64,000 nucleotides of DNA from contig JAZQFD010000025.1 in the NCBI GenBank assembly GCA_045539335.1, positions 35,545 to 99,544 of the forward strand, read 5' to 3'. The translations under genes and the position numbers were made by a program. Shown here piece after piece: positions 9,174-20,775 of this stretch. The notes below the pieces were generated by a model, which did no database searches, had not been told where the DNA came from, and saw only the letters and a list, made by a program, of their open reading frames with translations. The DNA is from Eubacteriales bacterium. Lineage in GTDB: Bacteria; Bacillota; Clostridia; Oscillospirales; QAKW01. The first letter of the stretch is position 1; every line of letters begins with the position of its first letter.

Positions 9174-11102
9174 ATGGATCAGACAAAAGTCACCAACCAA
9201 TACGACGAGTCCTCGATTCAGGTATTGGAAGGACTGGAGGCCGTTCGCAAGAGACCCGGTATGTATATCGGTTCTACTTCCATCCGTGGACTGCATCATC
9301 TGGTATATGAAATCGTGGATAACTCCATCGATGAGGCGCTGGCCGGTTATTGCGATACCATCAAGGTTACCATTCTGCCCGGCAATATTATTGAGGTGCA
9401 GGATAATGGCCGTGGCATCCCCGTGGGCATCCATCCCAAAATGGGCATTCCCACCGTGGAGGTGGTCTTTACCATCCTGCATGCCGGCGGTAAATTCGGC
9501 GGCGGCGGATATAAGGTTTCCGGCGGTCTGCACGGTGTGGGTGCTTCGGTTGTAAACGCCCTGTCCGAATGGCTGGAGGTGGAGGTCAGAGATGGTCAGC
9601 ATATCTATACCCAGCGGTATCAGAGAGGCCATTCCGACAGCCCCTTAAAAATGATCGGTGATACCACCGAAAAGGGCACCACCGTGCGCTTTTTGGCCGA
9701 CGATCAGATCTTTGAAACTCTGGAATATGAATATAGCGTTCTGCTGCAGCGGCTCAGAGAGCAGGCCTTCCTCAATGCCGGTCTGAGAATTGAATTTGAA
9801 GATAAGCGCCCCGAAAAGGAGCAGAAAAAGACCTTCCATTATGAGGGGGGTATTCGGGAGTTTGTTTCCTATCTCAATCGCAACAGCGATCCCATCCATG
9901 AGGATATTATCTACATCAGCGGCATGAAGGGCTCCTCTATGGCAGAGATTGCCATGCAGTATACCACCCGCTATGATGAAACCCTGATCTCCTTTGCCAA
10001 TGATATCAATACCACCGAAGGCGGTACCCATGAGACCGGCTTTAAGAGTGCGTTGACTCGCATCATTAATGACTATGCTTTGGAAAAGGGTCTTTTAAAG
10101 GAAAAGGACGGAAAGCTCTCCAGCGAAGATGTCCGTGAGGGTCTGACGGTGATCATCAGCGTCAAGGTGGAAGAGGCGCAGTTTGAGGGTCAGACCAAGA
10201 CCAAATTGGGCAATAGTGAGGTTTCCGGTCTGGTCAGCTCCATTATGAGAGAAAAACTCAAGGAGTATTTTGAGGAAAATCCCAAGGTTGCCAAAACCAT
10301 TATCAGCAAGGCCATCACCGCCTCTCAGGCAAGAGAAGCCGCCCGCAAGGCCAGAGAGACCGCCCGCAAGAGCGCTCTTTCCACTTCCATGAGCCTGCCC
10401 GGCAAGCTGGCCGATTGCCAGAGCAAGGATAATAAATATACCGAAATCTATATCGTAGAGGGTGATTCTGCAGGCGGCTCTGCCAAGAGCGGCAGAGACC
10501 GGAAATTCCAAGCCATCCTCTCTCTTTGGGGCAAGACCCTTAATGTGGAGAAGGCTCGCCTGGATCGTGTGTACAACAACGATAAGCTGCAGCCCATCAT
10601 CGCCTCTTTGGGCACCAATATCGGCGCCGATTTTGATATTACCAAGCTGCGCTATGGGAAAGTCATTATCATGGCGGATGCCGATGTGGACGGTGCTCAT
10701 ATCCGTACCCTGCTGCTGACCTTCTTCTTCCGCTTTATGCGTCCCTTGGTGGAGGGTGGTTATGTCTATACCGCCGTACCGCCTCTTTATAAGCTGGTCA
10801 AGGGCAAGGAGACCCGCTATGCTTATTCCGATGCGGAGCGGGATCAGATCTCTGCCGAAATGCGGGGAGAGGATGGCAAGGGTAAGGTGGAAATCAGCCG
10901 CCATAAGGGTCTTGGTGAGATGAACCCCGAAGAGCTTTGGGCCACCACCATGAATCCCGAATGCCGTACCTTGAAGCAATTTACCTTAGGCGACGCCATC
11001 GCCGCCGATGAGACCTTCTCTTTGCTGATGGGCGAGAAGGTAGAGCCCAGAAAGGCGTTTATTGAAGAAAACGCCAAGTATGTGAATAATTTGGATGTAT
11101 AA
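9174..11102 (+). CDS. gyrB: DNA gyrase subunit B
   Basis: [33 protein letters not shown]. Confidence 0.98.
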   Translation: MDQTKVTNQYDESSIQVLEGLEAVRKRPGMYIGSTSIRGLHHLVYEIVDNSIDEALAGYCDTIKVTILPGNIIEVQDNGRGIPVGIHPKMGIPTVEVVFTILHAGGKFGGGGYKVSGGLHGVGASVVNALSEWLEVEVRDGQHIYTQRYQRGHSDSPLKMIGDTTEKGTTVRFLADDQIFETLEYEYSVLLQRLREQAFLNAGLRIEFEDKRPEKEQKKTFHYEGGIREFVSYLNRNSDPIHEDIIYISGMKGSSMAEIAMQYTTRYDETLISFANDINTTEGGTHETGFKSALTRIINDYALEKGLLKEKDGKLSSEDVREGLTVIISVKVEEAQFEGQTKTKLGNSEVSGLVSSIMREKLKEYFEENPKVAKTIISKAITASQAREAARKARETARKSALSTSMSLPGKLADCQSKDNKYTEIYIVEGDSAGGSAKSGRDRKFQAILSLWGKTLNVEKARLDRVYNNDKLQPIIASLGTNIGADFDITKLRYGKVIIMADADVDGAHIRTLLLTFFFRFMRPLVEGGYVYTAVPPLYKLVKGKETRYAYSDAERDQISAEMRGEDGKGKVEISRHKGLGEMNPEELWATTMNPECRTLKQFTLGDAIAADETFSLLMGEKVEPRKAFIEENAKYVNNLDV

Positions 11103-11118
11103 GGAGGTGGGATGAACA

Positions 11119-13608
11119 ATGGCAAAAGAAAATCATTTTGACACGGCGAATTATGAAAATCAGTATATCGTTCCCGTGGATCTGGAAAAGGAAATGAAAA
11201 GCTCTTATATCGACTATGCCATGTCCGTTATTGTGGGACGTGCCCTTCCCGATGTAAGAGACGGCTTAAAGCCGGTTCATCGCCGCATTCTTTATGCGAT
11301 GTATGAAGATAATCTTACCAGCGATAAGCCCTTCCGTAAGGCCGCCACCTGCGTGGGTGACGTGCTGGGTCGGTATCATCCTCATGGAGATGCTTCGGTT
11401 TATGATGCGCTGGTGCGTTTAGCCCAGGATTTCTCCTTGCGCTATCCCTTGGTAGAGGGTCACGGTAACTTCGGTTCCATCGACGGCGACCCTGCCGCTG
11501 CCTATCGTTATACCGAGGCCAGAATGTCTAAAATCTCCAATGAGATGCTGCGGGATATTGAAAAAGAGACCATCGACTGGGATCCCAACTTTGATGAGAC
11601 CCGCAAGGAGCCCCATGTGCTCCCCGCCCGCTATCCCAACCTGCTGGTGAATGGCAGCTCGGGTATCGCCGTTGGTATGGCCACCGATATTCCGCCCCAC
11701 AATCTCCGTGAGGTCGTAGAGGGTGCCATCGCCGTCTTGGACAATCCCGATATTGAGATCGATGAACTTTGCGAGATCATCAAGGGTCCCGATTTCCCCA
11801 CCGGCGCCATCATTATGGGTCGTACCGGCATTCGCAATGCTTATCGCACCGGCCGTGGCAAGATCTATGTGCGGGCTCGGGCAGAAATTGAGGAATGGAA
11901 GGATGATCGCTATCGCATTGTGGTCACCGAAATTCCTTATATGGTCCGCAAGGCCGCTTTGATCGAAAAGATCGCCGATGAGGTGAAATCCGATCGTATT
12001 TCCGGCATCTCCGATATTCGGGATGAATCGGCCAAGGATATCCGCTTTGTTATCGAGCTGAAAAAGGATGCCAATCCTCAGGTCATCCTCAACCAGTTGT
12101 ATAAGTATACCGATATGCAGGCCACCTGCTCGGTGATTATGCTGGCGCTGGTCAACGGCGAGCCTAAGGTGCTCACCTTGAAGGATATGCTGGTGCATTA
12201 TCTGGATCATCAAAAAGAAGTGATCCGCCGCCGCACCGCCTATGAAATCAAAAAGGCAGAGGCCAGAGCTCATATTTTAGCCGGTCTTTTAAAGGCCATC
12301 GACCATATTGATGAGGTCATTGAAATCATCCGTGGCAGTAAGCATATTGCCGATGCCAAAGAGCGGTTGATGGAACGCTTTGATCTGGATGAGATTCAGG
12401 CGCAGGCCATTGTGGAGATGCGTTTGGGTCAGCTTTCGGGTCTGGAGCGAGAGAAGATCGAAAATGAATATAAAGATTTGGTTGCCAAGATCGATGATTT
12501 GAAGGATATTCTTGCCCATGATTATCGGGTGGCCGAGATCGTGAAGAATGATATGTCCGAGATCGCCCGTAAGTATGGGGACGATCGCCGCACCGAGATC
12601 GGCCATGGGGAGGTCGGTCTGGAGGATGAAGATCTGATCCCCGTGGAGGATTGCATCTTCACCATGACCGAGGCCGGCTATATCAAGCGCCAGCTGACCG
12701 ATACCTATAAGGCGCAGCACCGTGGCGGCCGTGGTATCACCGGCATGAAGACCAAAGAGGCCGATGTGGTGAAGAATCTCTTTGCCGCCTCCACCCATGA
12801 TACCATCTTGTTCTTTACCACCTTGGGTCGTGTGTATAAGCTCAAGGGCTATGAGGTGCCGGAAAGCTCCCGCACCGCTAAGGGCACCAATGTGGTGAAC
12901 CTGCTGCCGTTGCTGCCCAATGAAAAGGTCAACGCCATGATTCGGGTGGAAGACTTTGATATGGATGGCTATCTGCTGATGGCCACCCGCAACGGTACCA
13001 TTAAAAAGACCCATCTGAAGGATTATGCCAATATTCGCAAGACCGGCGTCATCGCCATTATCTTGGAGGAGGGGGACGATCTCATCGAAGTGGTGCTGAC
13101 CGACGGTGAAGATAATATCCTGCTGGCCTCCCATGAAGGAAAAGCCATTCGCTTTGCCGAAAGCGATGTGCGCCCCATGGGCCGTGTGACCCGTGGTGTG
13201 CGGGGTATCAAGCTGGCCGAGGGCGATTATTTGGTGGGTATGTGTATTCAAAGAGAAGGTGCTCAGTTCCTCACCATCACCGAAAATGGCTATGGAAAGC
13301 GCACCCAAGTGGAGGAATACCGTCTGCAAACCCGTGGCGGCAAGGGAATCTCCAATTATAACATCACCGAAAAGACCGGCAAGATCGCCGCAGTCCGCAT
13401 GGCAGAGGAAGGAGAAGATATCCTTCTGGTCACCAGCGGTGGTATCATTATGCGCACCAAGGTGGAAGAAATTTCCTCCCTCTCCCGCAGCACGCAGGGT
13501 GTGCGGGTGGTTCGCTTGGGTGAGGGTGTCACCGTCATCGACATGGCAGGCGCCGCCCGAGAGGAAGAATCTTCCGAGAATGAAACTGAGGAAAGTGCGG
13601 AAGAATAA
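11119..13608 (+). CDS. gyrA: DNA gyrase subunit A
   Basis: [21 protein letters not shown], GyrA-box QHRGGRG. Confidence 0.98.
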   Translation: MAKENHFDTANYENQYIVPVDLEKEMKSSYIDYAMSVIVGRALPDVRDGLKPVHRRILYAMYEDNLTSDKPFRKAATCVGDVLGRYHPHGDASVYDALVRLAQDFSLRYPLVEGHGNFGSIDGDPAAAYRYTEARMSKISNEMLRDIEKETIDWDPNFDETRKEPHVLPARYPNLLVNGSSGIAVGMATDIPPHNLREVVEGAIAVLDNPDIEIDELCEIIKGPDFPTGAIIMGRTGIRNAYRTGRGKIYVRARAEIEEWKDDRYRIVVTEIPYMVRKAALIEKIADEVKSDRISGISDIRDESAKDIRFVIELKKDANPQVILNQLYKYTDMQATCSVIMLALVNGEPKVLTLKDMLVHYLDHQKEVIRRRTAYEIKKAEARAHILAGLLKAIDHIDEVIEIIRGSKHIADAKERLMERFDLDEIQAQAIVEMRLGQLSGLEREKIENEYKDLVAKIDDLKDILAHDYRVAEIVKNDMSEIARKYGDDRRTEIGHGEVGLEDEDLIPVEDCIFTMTEAGYIKRQLTDTYKAQHRGGRGITGMKTKEADVVKNLFAASTHDTILFFTTLGRVYKLKGYEVPESSRTAKGTNVVNLLPLLPNEKVNAMIRVEDFDMDGYLLMATRNGTIKKTHLKDYANIRKTGVIAIILEEGDDLIEVVLTDGEDNILLASHEGKAIRFAESDVRPMGRVTRGVRGIKLAEGDYLVGMCIQREGAQFLTITENGYGKRTQVEEYRLQTRGGKGISNYNITEKTGKIAAVRMAEEGEDILLVTSGGIIMRTKVEEISSLSRSTQGVRVVRLGEGVTVIDMAGAAREEESSENETEESAEE

Positions 13609-13634
13609 TACCATTTAAGGATAAGGAGAAAAGC

Positions 13635-14735
13635 ATGAAACGAGTTCTTGCGCTGCTTTGCGTGGCGGTGCTGCTGCTGAGCGGTTGCGCCGATCCTTCC
13701 GTAGATACGCCTCAAAAGCCGCAAACCGTCTATGGAGAAACCCCCGTCAAAACGGACTTTACCGTTTCGGTGGCGGGAAAGACCCTATCGGGATTGTATG
13801 AGCAAAATGGGGTGCTTTATCTGGAAGAGGGCATGTTTATGACCCTGCTGGGGGGAACCACCAAAGCCCAATTAGGGGATGCGGTTCATACCATCACCAT
13901 CACGCTGGATGGCTATACCCGCACCTTTACCACTGCCGATCAAGAAGACCCCGCCATTTTCGATGGTCAGCGCTGGTTCTTGCCCTGCAAGGGCATTTTG
14001 GAAACCTTAGGCTATCACCTTTTTGAAGATGTCGAGAATAAGCATCATTATTATACCTATTATCCGGAAGGAGAGGACCTCACCTTTGAAAAAGAGGTGC
14101 CCGTTCTGATGTATCATGCAGTGGGCGATGATCTTTGGGGCATTGAAAGCCTCTTTGTGTCTCCCTCCTCTCTGCGTCAGCAGTTCCAATACCTGAAGGA
14201 CAATGGCTATACCCCCATCTTCTTTGAGGATCTGGCCAAGGCCGATCAGATCGAAAAGCCGGTGATCCTCACCTTTGACGATGGGTATCGGGATATCTAT
14301 TCCGGCCTGATGCCTCTGGTGGTGGAATTTAATTACAAGGTCACTGTGTTCAGCATTACCGGCGCCATCGGCACCGATCATTATCTTTCCGAAAAGAATA
14401 TGCTGAAGATGCAGGAAACCGGCTTGGTTTCCTTCCAGAGCCATACCGTCACCCATCCGGAGCTGAATACCTGCACCGAGGAAGAACTGGAAAAAGAGTT
14501 GTATGAATCCAAATTATATCTCACCCGCCTCACCGGCAAGGAGCCCTTTGTTCTTTGCTATCCGGTGGGAAAATATAATGATCGTTCTTTAAAGAAAACG
14601 GCGGAGTATTATGAATTTGGTCTCCATATGTCCGGCAATACCTATGTGGCAGGCAAGACCAACCCCTATCGCATCTATCGCAAATATGTGTCGAGAAGCA
14701 CCACCATCGGTGAGTTTGCCGATATGATTGATTAA
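13635..14735 (+). CDS. Polysaccharide deacetylase family lipoprotein
   Basis: Lipobox LLSGC; PVLMYH, LTFDDGY, SHTVTH, YPVG NodB motifs. Confidence 0.88.
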   Translation: MKRVLALLCVAVLLLSGCADPSVDTPQKPQTVYGETPVKTDFTVSVAGKTLSGLYEQNGVLYLEEGMFMTLLGGTTKAQLGDAVHTITITLDGYTRTFTTADQEDPAIFDGQRWFLPCKGILETLGYHLFEDVENKHHYYTYYPEGEDLTFEKEVPVLMYHAVGDDLWGIESLFVSPSSLRQQFQYLKDNGYTPIFFEDLAKADQIEKPVILTFDDGYRDIYSGLMPLVVEFNYKVTVFSITGAIGTDHYLSEKNMLKMQETGLVSFQSHTVTHPELNTCTEEELEKELYESKLYLTRLTGKEPFVLCYPVGKYNDRSLKKTAEYYEFGLHMSGNTYVAGKTNPYRIYRKYVSRSTTIGEFADMID

Positions 14736-14763
14736 AAAAAAGAGCCTACGGGCTCTTTTTTTG
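14734..14763. terminator. Bidirectional terminator
   Basis: A-run GAGCC-TACG-GGCTC T-run between convergent genes. Confidence 0.7.
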
Positions 14764-16092
14764 ATGAAAATAATCCTTTGCTCCTGCAAAGACTTCTTTG
14801 GAAAGCCCCAAAAGCCCCCATAAATTGGGAAAGACCATCAAGGCGCAAAGAAGATCTGCCAGCGCCCAAACGGCATCGGAAGAAAGAGAGGCCCCCACCC
14901 ATAAGAAGAATAAAAAGAAAAGGCGAAAGACCTTTTGAATTTTTGGGGTGTGGGGAAAGAGATAAGAAAGGCTTTGCTCCCCATAGTAGCTCCAGCCGAT
15001 GATGGAGGAGAAGCCAAAAAATAAAAGGCAGAGCATATATAAAAAGGAAAGAAGTCCCGATGGAAGGGGCAGCTGCTTTAGGGCAAAAAGGGTGATGCCT
15101 GCCCCGGAGAGGGCAGGGTTGCACCAAGCATCGGTGAGGATCACGGCATAGCCCGTGAGGGTGCACATCACCACCGTATCCAAAAGGGGCCCCAGCATGG
15201 AGATCAGCCCTTGGCGGGCAGGATGATCGGTGCGGGCGGCGGCCGCCGCAATGGGATCGGAGCCCATCCCTGCCTCATTGGAAAAGATTCCTCGCCCCAA
15301 TCCAAAGCGAACGGCTTTCTGCAGCGTATAGCCGGCGCCCGCTCCCAAAACCGCCTCCGGCTGAAAGGCGGAGCGGAAAATCAAGGCGGTGGCGGCGGGA
15401 ATTTTCCCAACATTTTGTAATATCACCCATAAAATCAACAGTGTGTATATTCCCCCCATAAAAGGAACCATCCAAGTAGAGACCCCGGCGATCCGCCCAA
15501 TGCCTCCTGCCAGCACCAAGCCCACCAAGGCAAGGATGATCAGCGCCCCAATCTGTCCGGCAGAGCTGCTTTGAAAAAAATCCTCCATGGCATCTACCAT
15601 GCCGTTGATCTGGGAGGTGGTGCCCATGCTGATCAGGCAGCAAAGGGCACAGGATGCGGCAAAAAGTTTTGCCAAAAAAGGCTTTTTTAAGCCCTCCTCC
15701 AGATAAAGAAAAGGTCCGCCCAAAAAGCCCTTGCCATGGGGGCGGCGGTACCGTACTGCCAAGTAGCCTTCGGCAAATTTGGTGGCCATCCCGAAAAAGG
15801 AAGAAAAGACCATCCAAAAAAGAGCTCCCGGCCCTCCTGCCCGAAGGGCGGTGGCCACGCCGATGATATTCCCCGTTCCCAAGGTGGCGGCAAGGGAGGT
15901 GCAAAGAGCCCCCAGCCCGCTGATCTCACCTTGGGCGTCGCTCTTTGTGAGCACCGCCGAAAAAGCCGCCTTCAAGCGGGTCAGAGAAAGAAAACGGGTG
16001 CCGACGGTCAGATAGATCCCCGTTCCCAAAATAAAAAGTAAGGTGCCCGGCCCCCAAAGAAAGGAGGCAAGGGCTTCTAAAATCATGGTCAT
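14746..16092 (-). CDS. Sodium:alanine/glycine symporter (AGCS family)
   Basis: GTGNIIGVA, GGPGALFWM, RGIFSNEAGMGS; start uncertain (16092 or 16086). Confidence 0.9.
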   Translation of the reverse strand: MTMILEALASFLWGPGTLLFILGTGIYLTVGTRFLSLTRLKAAFSAVLTKSDAQGEISGLGALCTSLAATLGTGNIIGVATALRAGGPGALFWMVFSSFFGMATKFAEGYLAVRYRRPHGKGFLGGPFLYLEEGLKKPFLAKLFAASCALCCLISMGTTSQINGMVDAMEDFFQSSSAGQIGALIILALVGLVLAGGIGRIAGVSTWMVPFMGGIYTLLILWVILQNVGKIPAATALIFRSAFQPEAVLGAGAGYTLQKAVRFGLGRGIFSNEAGMGSDPIAAAAARTDHPARQGLISMLGPLLDTVVMCTLTGYAVILTDAWCNPALSGAGITLFALKQLPLPSGLLSFLYMLCLLFFGFSSIIGWSYYGEQSLSYLFPHTPKIQKVFRLFFLFFLWVGASLSSDAVWALADLLCALMVFPNLWGLLGLSKEVFAGAKDYFHQKKSP

Positions 16093-16137
16093 AAAAAAAG
16101 GAAGTTCAAAAAGCAAAAATTTTGAACTTCCTATTCT

Positions 16138-16851
16138 TTACATATACATTCCGCCGTTGGGCGCCAGCACCTGACCGGTGATCTGCTCCTGCTGGGCCAA
16201 AAAGAGGATGGCCTCTGCCACATCCAGCCCCGAGGTCAGCTTGCCTGTGGGGATCATTTCCTTGAGATCCTCCCGATCCAGATCCCCCAGCATTTTGCTT
16301 TCCACCACACCGGGGGAAACGCAATTCACGGTGATCCCCGAAGGAGCCAGCTCCTTGGCCAGTGCCTTGGTAAAGCCGATGAGTCCTGCCTTGGCGGCAG
16401 AATAGGCCACCTCGCAGGATGCGCCGGTCTGCCCCCAAACGGAGGAGATATTGATAACAGCGCCGCTTTTTTGAGAAAGCATGGCGGGGAGGGCCAAGCG
16501 GGTCAGCGCCATATGGGAGATCAGATTGGTCTCCATCATTTGGGCAAGAGAGTCGGCGGTTTCATCGGTAAATAGCCCGTATTTGGCCACGCCGAAATTG
16601 TTCACCAACACATCCACGCCCCCAAAGGCCTTGGCTTCCTCTATGAGGCGGATGCGATCCTCTTCTTTGGTCAGATCCCCCTGCACCAAAAGAACCGAAC
16701 CCTGCATGGCCTCCAGATCCTTTTTTAAGGCTTCGGCCCCTTCTTTATTTTGATGGTAAGCCAGCACCACTTTATAGCCCTTGCGCACCGCAAGGTAGGC
16801 AGTCATACTGCCGATGGCGCCGCTTGCTCCGGTTATCACCATGGTTTTCAT
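16138..16851 (-). CDS. SDR oxidoreductase (FabG/YmfI-like)
   Basis: TGASGAIG, NISSVWG..GASCEVAYSAAKAG (YxxxK). Confidence 0.88.
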   Translation of the reverse strand: MKTMVITGASGAIGSMTAYLAVRKGYKVVLAYHQNKEGAEALKKDLEAMQGSVLLVQGDLTKEEDRIRLIEEAKAFGGVDVLVNNFGVAKYGLFTDETADSLAQMMETNLISHMALTRLALPAMLSQKSGAVINISSVWGQTGASCEVAYSAAKAGLIGFTKALAKELAPSGITVNCVSPGVVESKMLGDLDREDLKEMIPTGKLTSGLDVAEAILFLAQQEQITGQVLAPNGGMYM

Positions 16852-16972
16852 AGAATTTCACTTCCTTCTATTTTATTCTAATGGATTTTGCATTAGAATA
16901 CAAGAATGAATTGCAAAATAAGAAATTTTCGTGTATAGTAAAACTAAGAATAATAGAAAAGGGGGGAGCCAA

Positions 16973-19000
16973 ATGATTCCCATTCAAAATTTATCCGGCG
17001 TGGGTAAGCAACGGGCTGCCCTTTTAAATAAAATGGGTCTTTTTTCCTTTGAGGATCTATTGTTGCTTTATCCCCATCGGTATGAGGATCGCTCCATGGT
17101 GATCCCCATTGATGAGGTGACCATCCATCGGGGAGAGGCGGTCAGCATCATCGCCACCGTATTGGAGCCTGCCGAGGAGCGCCGTATTTACGGGGGGCGC
17201 ACCCTCACTCGGGTAACGGTGGGGGACGATACCGGCGTGATGACCCTGACCTATTTTAATAATCCCTATATCAAGCAAAAATTAAAAGAGGGCAAGACCT
17301 ATAATTTCTACGGGCGAATGGATCAAAAGGCCCTTTTGAATATGGTCTCTCCTCAGGCCGAGGAATTAAAGCCCGGTCAAAAGCCCGCCATTCTGCCGGT
17401 TTATCCTCTAACGGCGGGTCTCAATCAAAATCAAATGCGCCGCTGGGTCAAAGAGGCCTTTTTGCGGCTCCGATCCACTCTTTTGGATCCCTTACCCCAA
17501 AAACTGCAGGAAAAATATCAGCTCATCTCCTTGGAAGACGCCTTGGAGGCGGTGCATTTTCCCAAAGACCAGTTTTCGATTTTGAAGGGGCGCCGGCGGC
17601 TGATTTTTGAAGAATTATTGTATTTTCAGTTGGGTCTTGGGCTATACTCCCGTCGGGAAAAGGATGTAAACCGATTTCCGGTGGGCAAAGGATCTTCTGC
17701 CTTTGAGGCGTTGCAGCCCTTTACCCCCACCGCCACCCAAAAGCAGGCGGTGGCCGAGATCCTTTCGGATATGAATGGGCCTTTCGCCATGAACCGCTTG
17801 CTGCAGGGGGATGTGGGCAGTGGTAAAACCTATGTGGCGGGAGAGGCCGCCTTTGCCGCCCTTTCGGCAGGCTATCAGGTGGCGATCATGGCGCCCACCG
17901 AGATTCTCGCCCGCCAGCATTATGCCTATTTTCAGCCCTTATTTGAAAAATTGGGCTATTCCACCGGCCTTTTGGTGGGGTCTATGACCCAAAAGGAGAA
18001 AAAAGAAACCTATGCCGCTTTGGAATCGGGCACTCTTTCCTTGGCGGTGGGCACCCATGCTTTATTGCAAGAGAAGGTGCAATTTCAGAATTTGGGGCTG
18101 GTCATTGCCGATGAGCAGCATCGCTTTGGCGTCCGCCAGCGGGCAACCCTTGCCCAAAAAGGCAAAAAGCCCCATATTCTCGTGATGTCCGCCACCCCCA
18201 TTCCCCGTACCATGGCGTTGATGGTCTGGGGCGATCTGGATCTTTCGGTGCTGGAGGGCAGACCCGCCGGCCGAAAGGAGATTCAAACCTTCTTGGTGGA
18301 CAGCAGCTATTCCGAGCGCCTGCAAACCTTTATGGAAAAGCAGATCGCTGAGGGCGGGCAGGTTTATATGGTCTGCCCCTTGGTGGAGGAAAATGAAGGG
18401 CTGGATCTTAAAAGCGCTGAGTCCATCTTTGAAGCCTTGCGGGAGCAATACGGCTCTGCCGCCGACAGGATCCATGGCAAGATGAAGCCGGCCTTAAAGG
18501 ATGCCGCCATGGCTCGGTTTGTGGCAGGGGAGACCAAGATTTTAGTTTCCACCACCGTCATCGAGGTGGGCATCAATGTTCCTGCCGCCACCTTGATGAT
18601 TTTGCAAAATGCCGAGCGGTTCGGGCTTTCCCAGCTTCATCAGTTGCGAGGGCGTGTGGGGCGTGGAGAGCGTCAATCCTATTGTATCCTCATCAGCGAC
18701 CATAAATCCCCCGCCACCCAAGAGCGGCTGCGCTTTTTCTGCTCCACCACCGATGGCTTTGCCATCTCCAATAAGGATTTAGAACTGCGTGGCCCCGGTG
18801 ATTTCTTCGGCTACATGCAGCATGGCTTGCCCAAAATGCAGATCGCCGATTGCGCCACCGATTTGGAACTTTTGACCCTTTCCAATCAATGCGCCAAGCG
18901 AATGCTGCAATTTGATCCCACCCTTTCTGCGGATTATAATCAAAAAATCCGCCAAAAAGTGGAGGATCTTTTCCAAAAAGAGGGCACGATTTTTAATTAA
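16973..19000 (+). CDS. recG: ATP-dependent DNA helicase RecG
   Basis: LLQGDVGSGKT, DEQHRFGV, SATPIPR, QLHQLRGRVGRG. Confidence 0.97.
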   Translation: MIPIQNLSGVGKQRAALLNKMGLFSFEDLLLLYPHRYEDRSMVIPIDEVTIHRGEAVSIIATVLEPAEERRIYGGRTLTRVTVGDDTGVMTLTYFNNPYIKQKLKEGKTYNFYGRMDQKALLNMVSPQAEELKPGQKPAILPVYPLTAGLNQNQMRRWVKEAFLRLRSTLLDPLPQKLQEKYQLISLEDALEAVHFPKDQFSILKGRRRLIFEELLYFQLGLGLYSRREKDVNRFPVGKGSSAFEALQPFTPTATQKQAVAEILSDMNGPFAMNRLLQGDVGSGKTYVAGEAAFAALSAGYQVAIMAPTEILARQHYAYFQPLFEKLGYSTGLLVGSMTQKEKKETYAALESGTLSLAVGTHALLQEKVQFQNLGLVIADEQHRFGVRQRATLAQKGKKPHILVMSATPIPRTMALMVWGDLDLSVLEGRPAGRKEIQTFLVDSSYSERLQTFMEKQIAEGGQVYMVCPLVEENEGLDLKSAESIFEALREQYGSAADRIHGKMKPALKDAAMARFVAGETKILVSTTVIEVGINVPAATLMILQNAERFGLSQLHQLRGRVGRGERQSYCILISDHKSPATQERLRFFCSTTDGFAISNKDLELRGPGDFFGYMQHGLPKMQIADCATDLELLTLSNQCAKRMLQFDPTLSADYNQKIRQKVEDLFQKEGTIFN

Positions 19001-19074
19001 CAAAAATTGTCAGAATTTTTTGTTTCGTTTCGCCAAAAATAGGATTGTAAACCTTGAAAGGGAGGTGAAACGAA

Positions 19075-19257
19075 ATGAGTAATTCTTCCAAGAGCAATGC
19101 TAAGGCAGGTCTTGAAAAGATGAAGTTTGAAGTGGCCCGTGAGATCGGTGTTGATCTGAAGCAGGGCTACAACGGTGATTTGACTTCCGCTCAGGCAGGT
19201 CACATCGGCGGCCAGATGACCAAGAAGTTGGTCGAGAAGGCTGAGCAGTCTCTGTAA
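19075..19257 (+). CDS. Alpha/beta-type small acid-soluble spore protein
   Basis: KMKFEVAREIGV..GDLTSAQAGHIGGQMTKKLV; strong GGGAGGTG RBS. Confidence 0.93.
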   Translation: MSNSSKSNAKAGLEKMKFEVAREIGVDLKQGYNGDLTSAQAGHIGGQMTKKLVEKAEQSL

Positions 19258-19271
19258 GTCCATTTTGGATA

Positions 19272-19300
19272 TAAAAAAGGAGCCCAATGGGCTCCTTTTT
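19272..19300. terminator. Bidirectional terminator
   Basis: AAAAAGGAGCCC-AAT-GGGCTCCTTTTT. Confidence 0.75.
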
Positions 19301-19304
19301 GCTG

Positions 19305-20159
19305 TTATTTAAGAGTAACATCTGCATAAATGGGGAGGTGATCCGAAACGTTTTCCACACCGCCGTCGATGATCACGCTAAAGGTATTGGATTGTACCTT
19401 ATCATTCACAAAGATATGGTCGATTGCCGCTTTTGTGTTGGGGTTCACCTCACCGCCCCAGCCACCATTAAAATAGGTGCCGCAGGAATGGATCAATTCC
19501 TTAGCGGAATATTTGGCGTCTGTAACATTCAGTGTGGACATCAGGTTGCTGTAGAGAGGGGAAGTCTCCGAGGCATTGTAATCCCCGGTCATAATAACGG
19601 GAAGATCGGGATACTCTTTTAACTTGGTGCTTACAAGATCCAAGATAATCTTGTGGTGGTTTTCAACCTTCTCCGCTTTGTTGCTGGGGTGGGTGTTGAA
19701 CACAACAAACTTCTCTTTGCTGCTGCGATGTTGAAACAGGGCAAAATTCACAACTCGAGTTTCATTCCCCGGGTCGATATCGAGGATCTCCGATTCCAAA
19801 AGTTCAAGCGTTTCACCGTTATAGAGCAGGGTGGTAAGAAAGAAGGTATCCTCTCCGTTGCAGGCTTGCAGATAAGTGCCGTTTTCTACCAAATCTTGAT
19901 AAAAAGCAATGTGCCAATCGGTAAGTGCTTCCTGAACACCGATCACATCGGGGCAATACTCATTGATGATGGAAAGAAATGCGTCGGACCGCTCCTTAAC
20001 GGGTTGGGGGATCCCTGTTTCATTATAACCGCCGCCCGGATGCATCACATTATAAGACATTACACGAAGATTGGTTTCCTTCTTGGCGCAGGAGGTGCCG
20101 AATAAAAGAAGAAAACAAAAAAGAAGAGATAGAAAGGATAAAGATTTTTTTGAAAACAT
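19305..20159 (-). CDS. Endonuclease/exonuclease/phosphatase (EEP) family lipoprotein
   Basis: Signal peptide ending GTSC; MSYNV, GVQE, NTH, TGDYN, IDHIF, SDHLP. Confidence 0.88.
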   Translation of the reverse strand: MFSKKSLSFLSLLFCFLLLFGTSCAKKETNLRVMSYNVMHPGGGYNETGIPQPVKERSDAFLSIINEYCPDVIGVQEALTDWHIAFYQDLVENGTYLQACNGEDTFFLTTLLYNGETLELLESEILDIDPGNETRVVNFALFQHRSSKEKFVVFNTHPSNKAEKVENHHKIILDLVSTKLKEYPDLPVIMTGDYNASETSPLYSNLMSTLNVTDAKYSAKELIHSCGTYFNGGWGGEVNPNTKAAIDHIFVNDKVQSNTFSVIIDGGVENVSDHLPIYADVTLK

Positions 20160-20181
20160 AAGAAGGTTCCTTTTTCAATAA

Positions 20182-20775
20182 TTATTTTCTGTAGTCCAGA
20201 TACTTCCAGTTTTTCACTAAGTATTCCACACCGGAGATGACGGTGAGAGCGGTGGCAACCAGCATCAGCGCTGAGCCGATAACGGCGGTGGATTCGGGGG
20301 TGGCACCGCAGAGATAGGGGATGCCCCAAGGCTGCTCGATTTTGCCTAAGAGCGCAGGTTCTACCATCAAAAAGAGGGTGGCGATCATTTGAGTCACGGT
20401 CTTGGCCTTGCCCCAAGTGCCGGCGGCGATGACCTTGCCGCTGGATGCGGCCACCAGCCGAATGGAGGTCACCATCAGCTCACGGGCAATGATAATCACC
20501 GTGATCACCGGATGGATCAGCTCTACATGCTGCAGCAGCACCAAGGCGGTGATCACCAGCATTTTATCGGCCAAGGGATCCAAAAACTTGCCAAAATCCG
20601 TCACTTGATTATTTTTGCGTGCCAGATGACCGTCAATCGCATCGGTGGCAGAGGCAATGCCATAGATGGCCGCCCCCACAAAGGCGCCCCAAGGGGCAGG
20701 GATGGCCAAAAAGGCAATCATAAATAAGGGGATCATCAAAACTCTCAAAAGGGTTAATTTGTTGGGTGTGTTCAT
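20182..20775 (-). CDS. pgsA: CDP-diacylglycerol--glycerol-3-phosphate 3-phosphatidyltransferase
   Basis: PNKLTLLR, TDAIDGHLARK..GKFLDPLADK. Confidence 0.95.
   Translation of the reverse strand: MNTPNKLTLLRVLMIPLFMIAFLAIPAPWGAFVGAAIYGIASATDAIDGHLARKNNQVTDFGKFLDPLADKMLVITALVLLQHVELIHPVITVIIIARELMVTSIRLVAASSGKVIAAGTWGKAKTVTQMIATLFLMVEPALLGKIEQPWGIPYLCGATPESTAVIGSALMLVATALTVISGVEYLVKNWKYLDYRK

Noticed and set aside
472..13614. Long antisense ORFs (472-1383, 3234-4544, 12289-13614; likewise 40684-41928 and 44048-45280)
   Set aside because: Shadow frames opposite well-supported genes, with no motifs of their own
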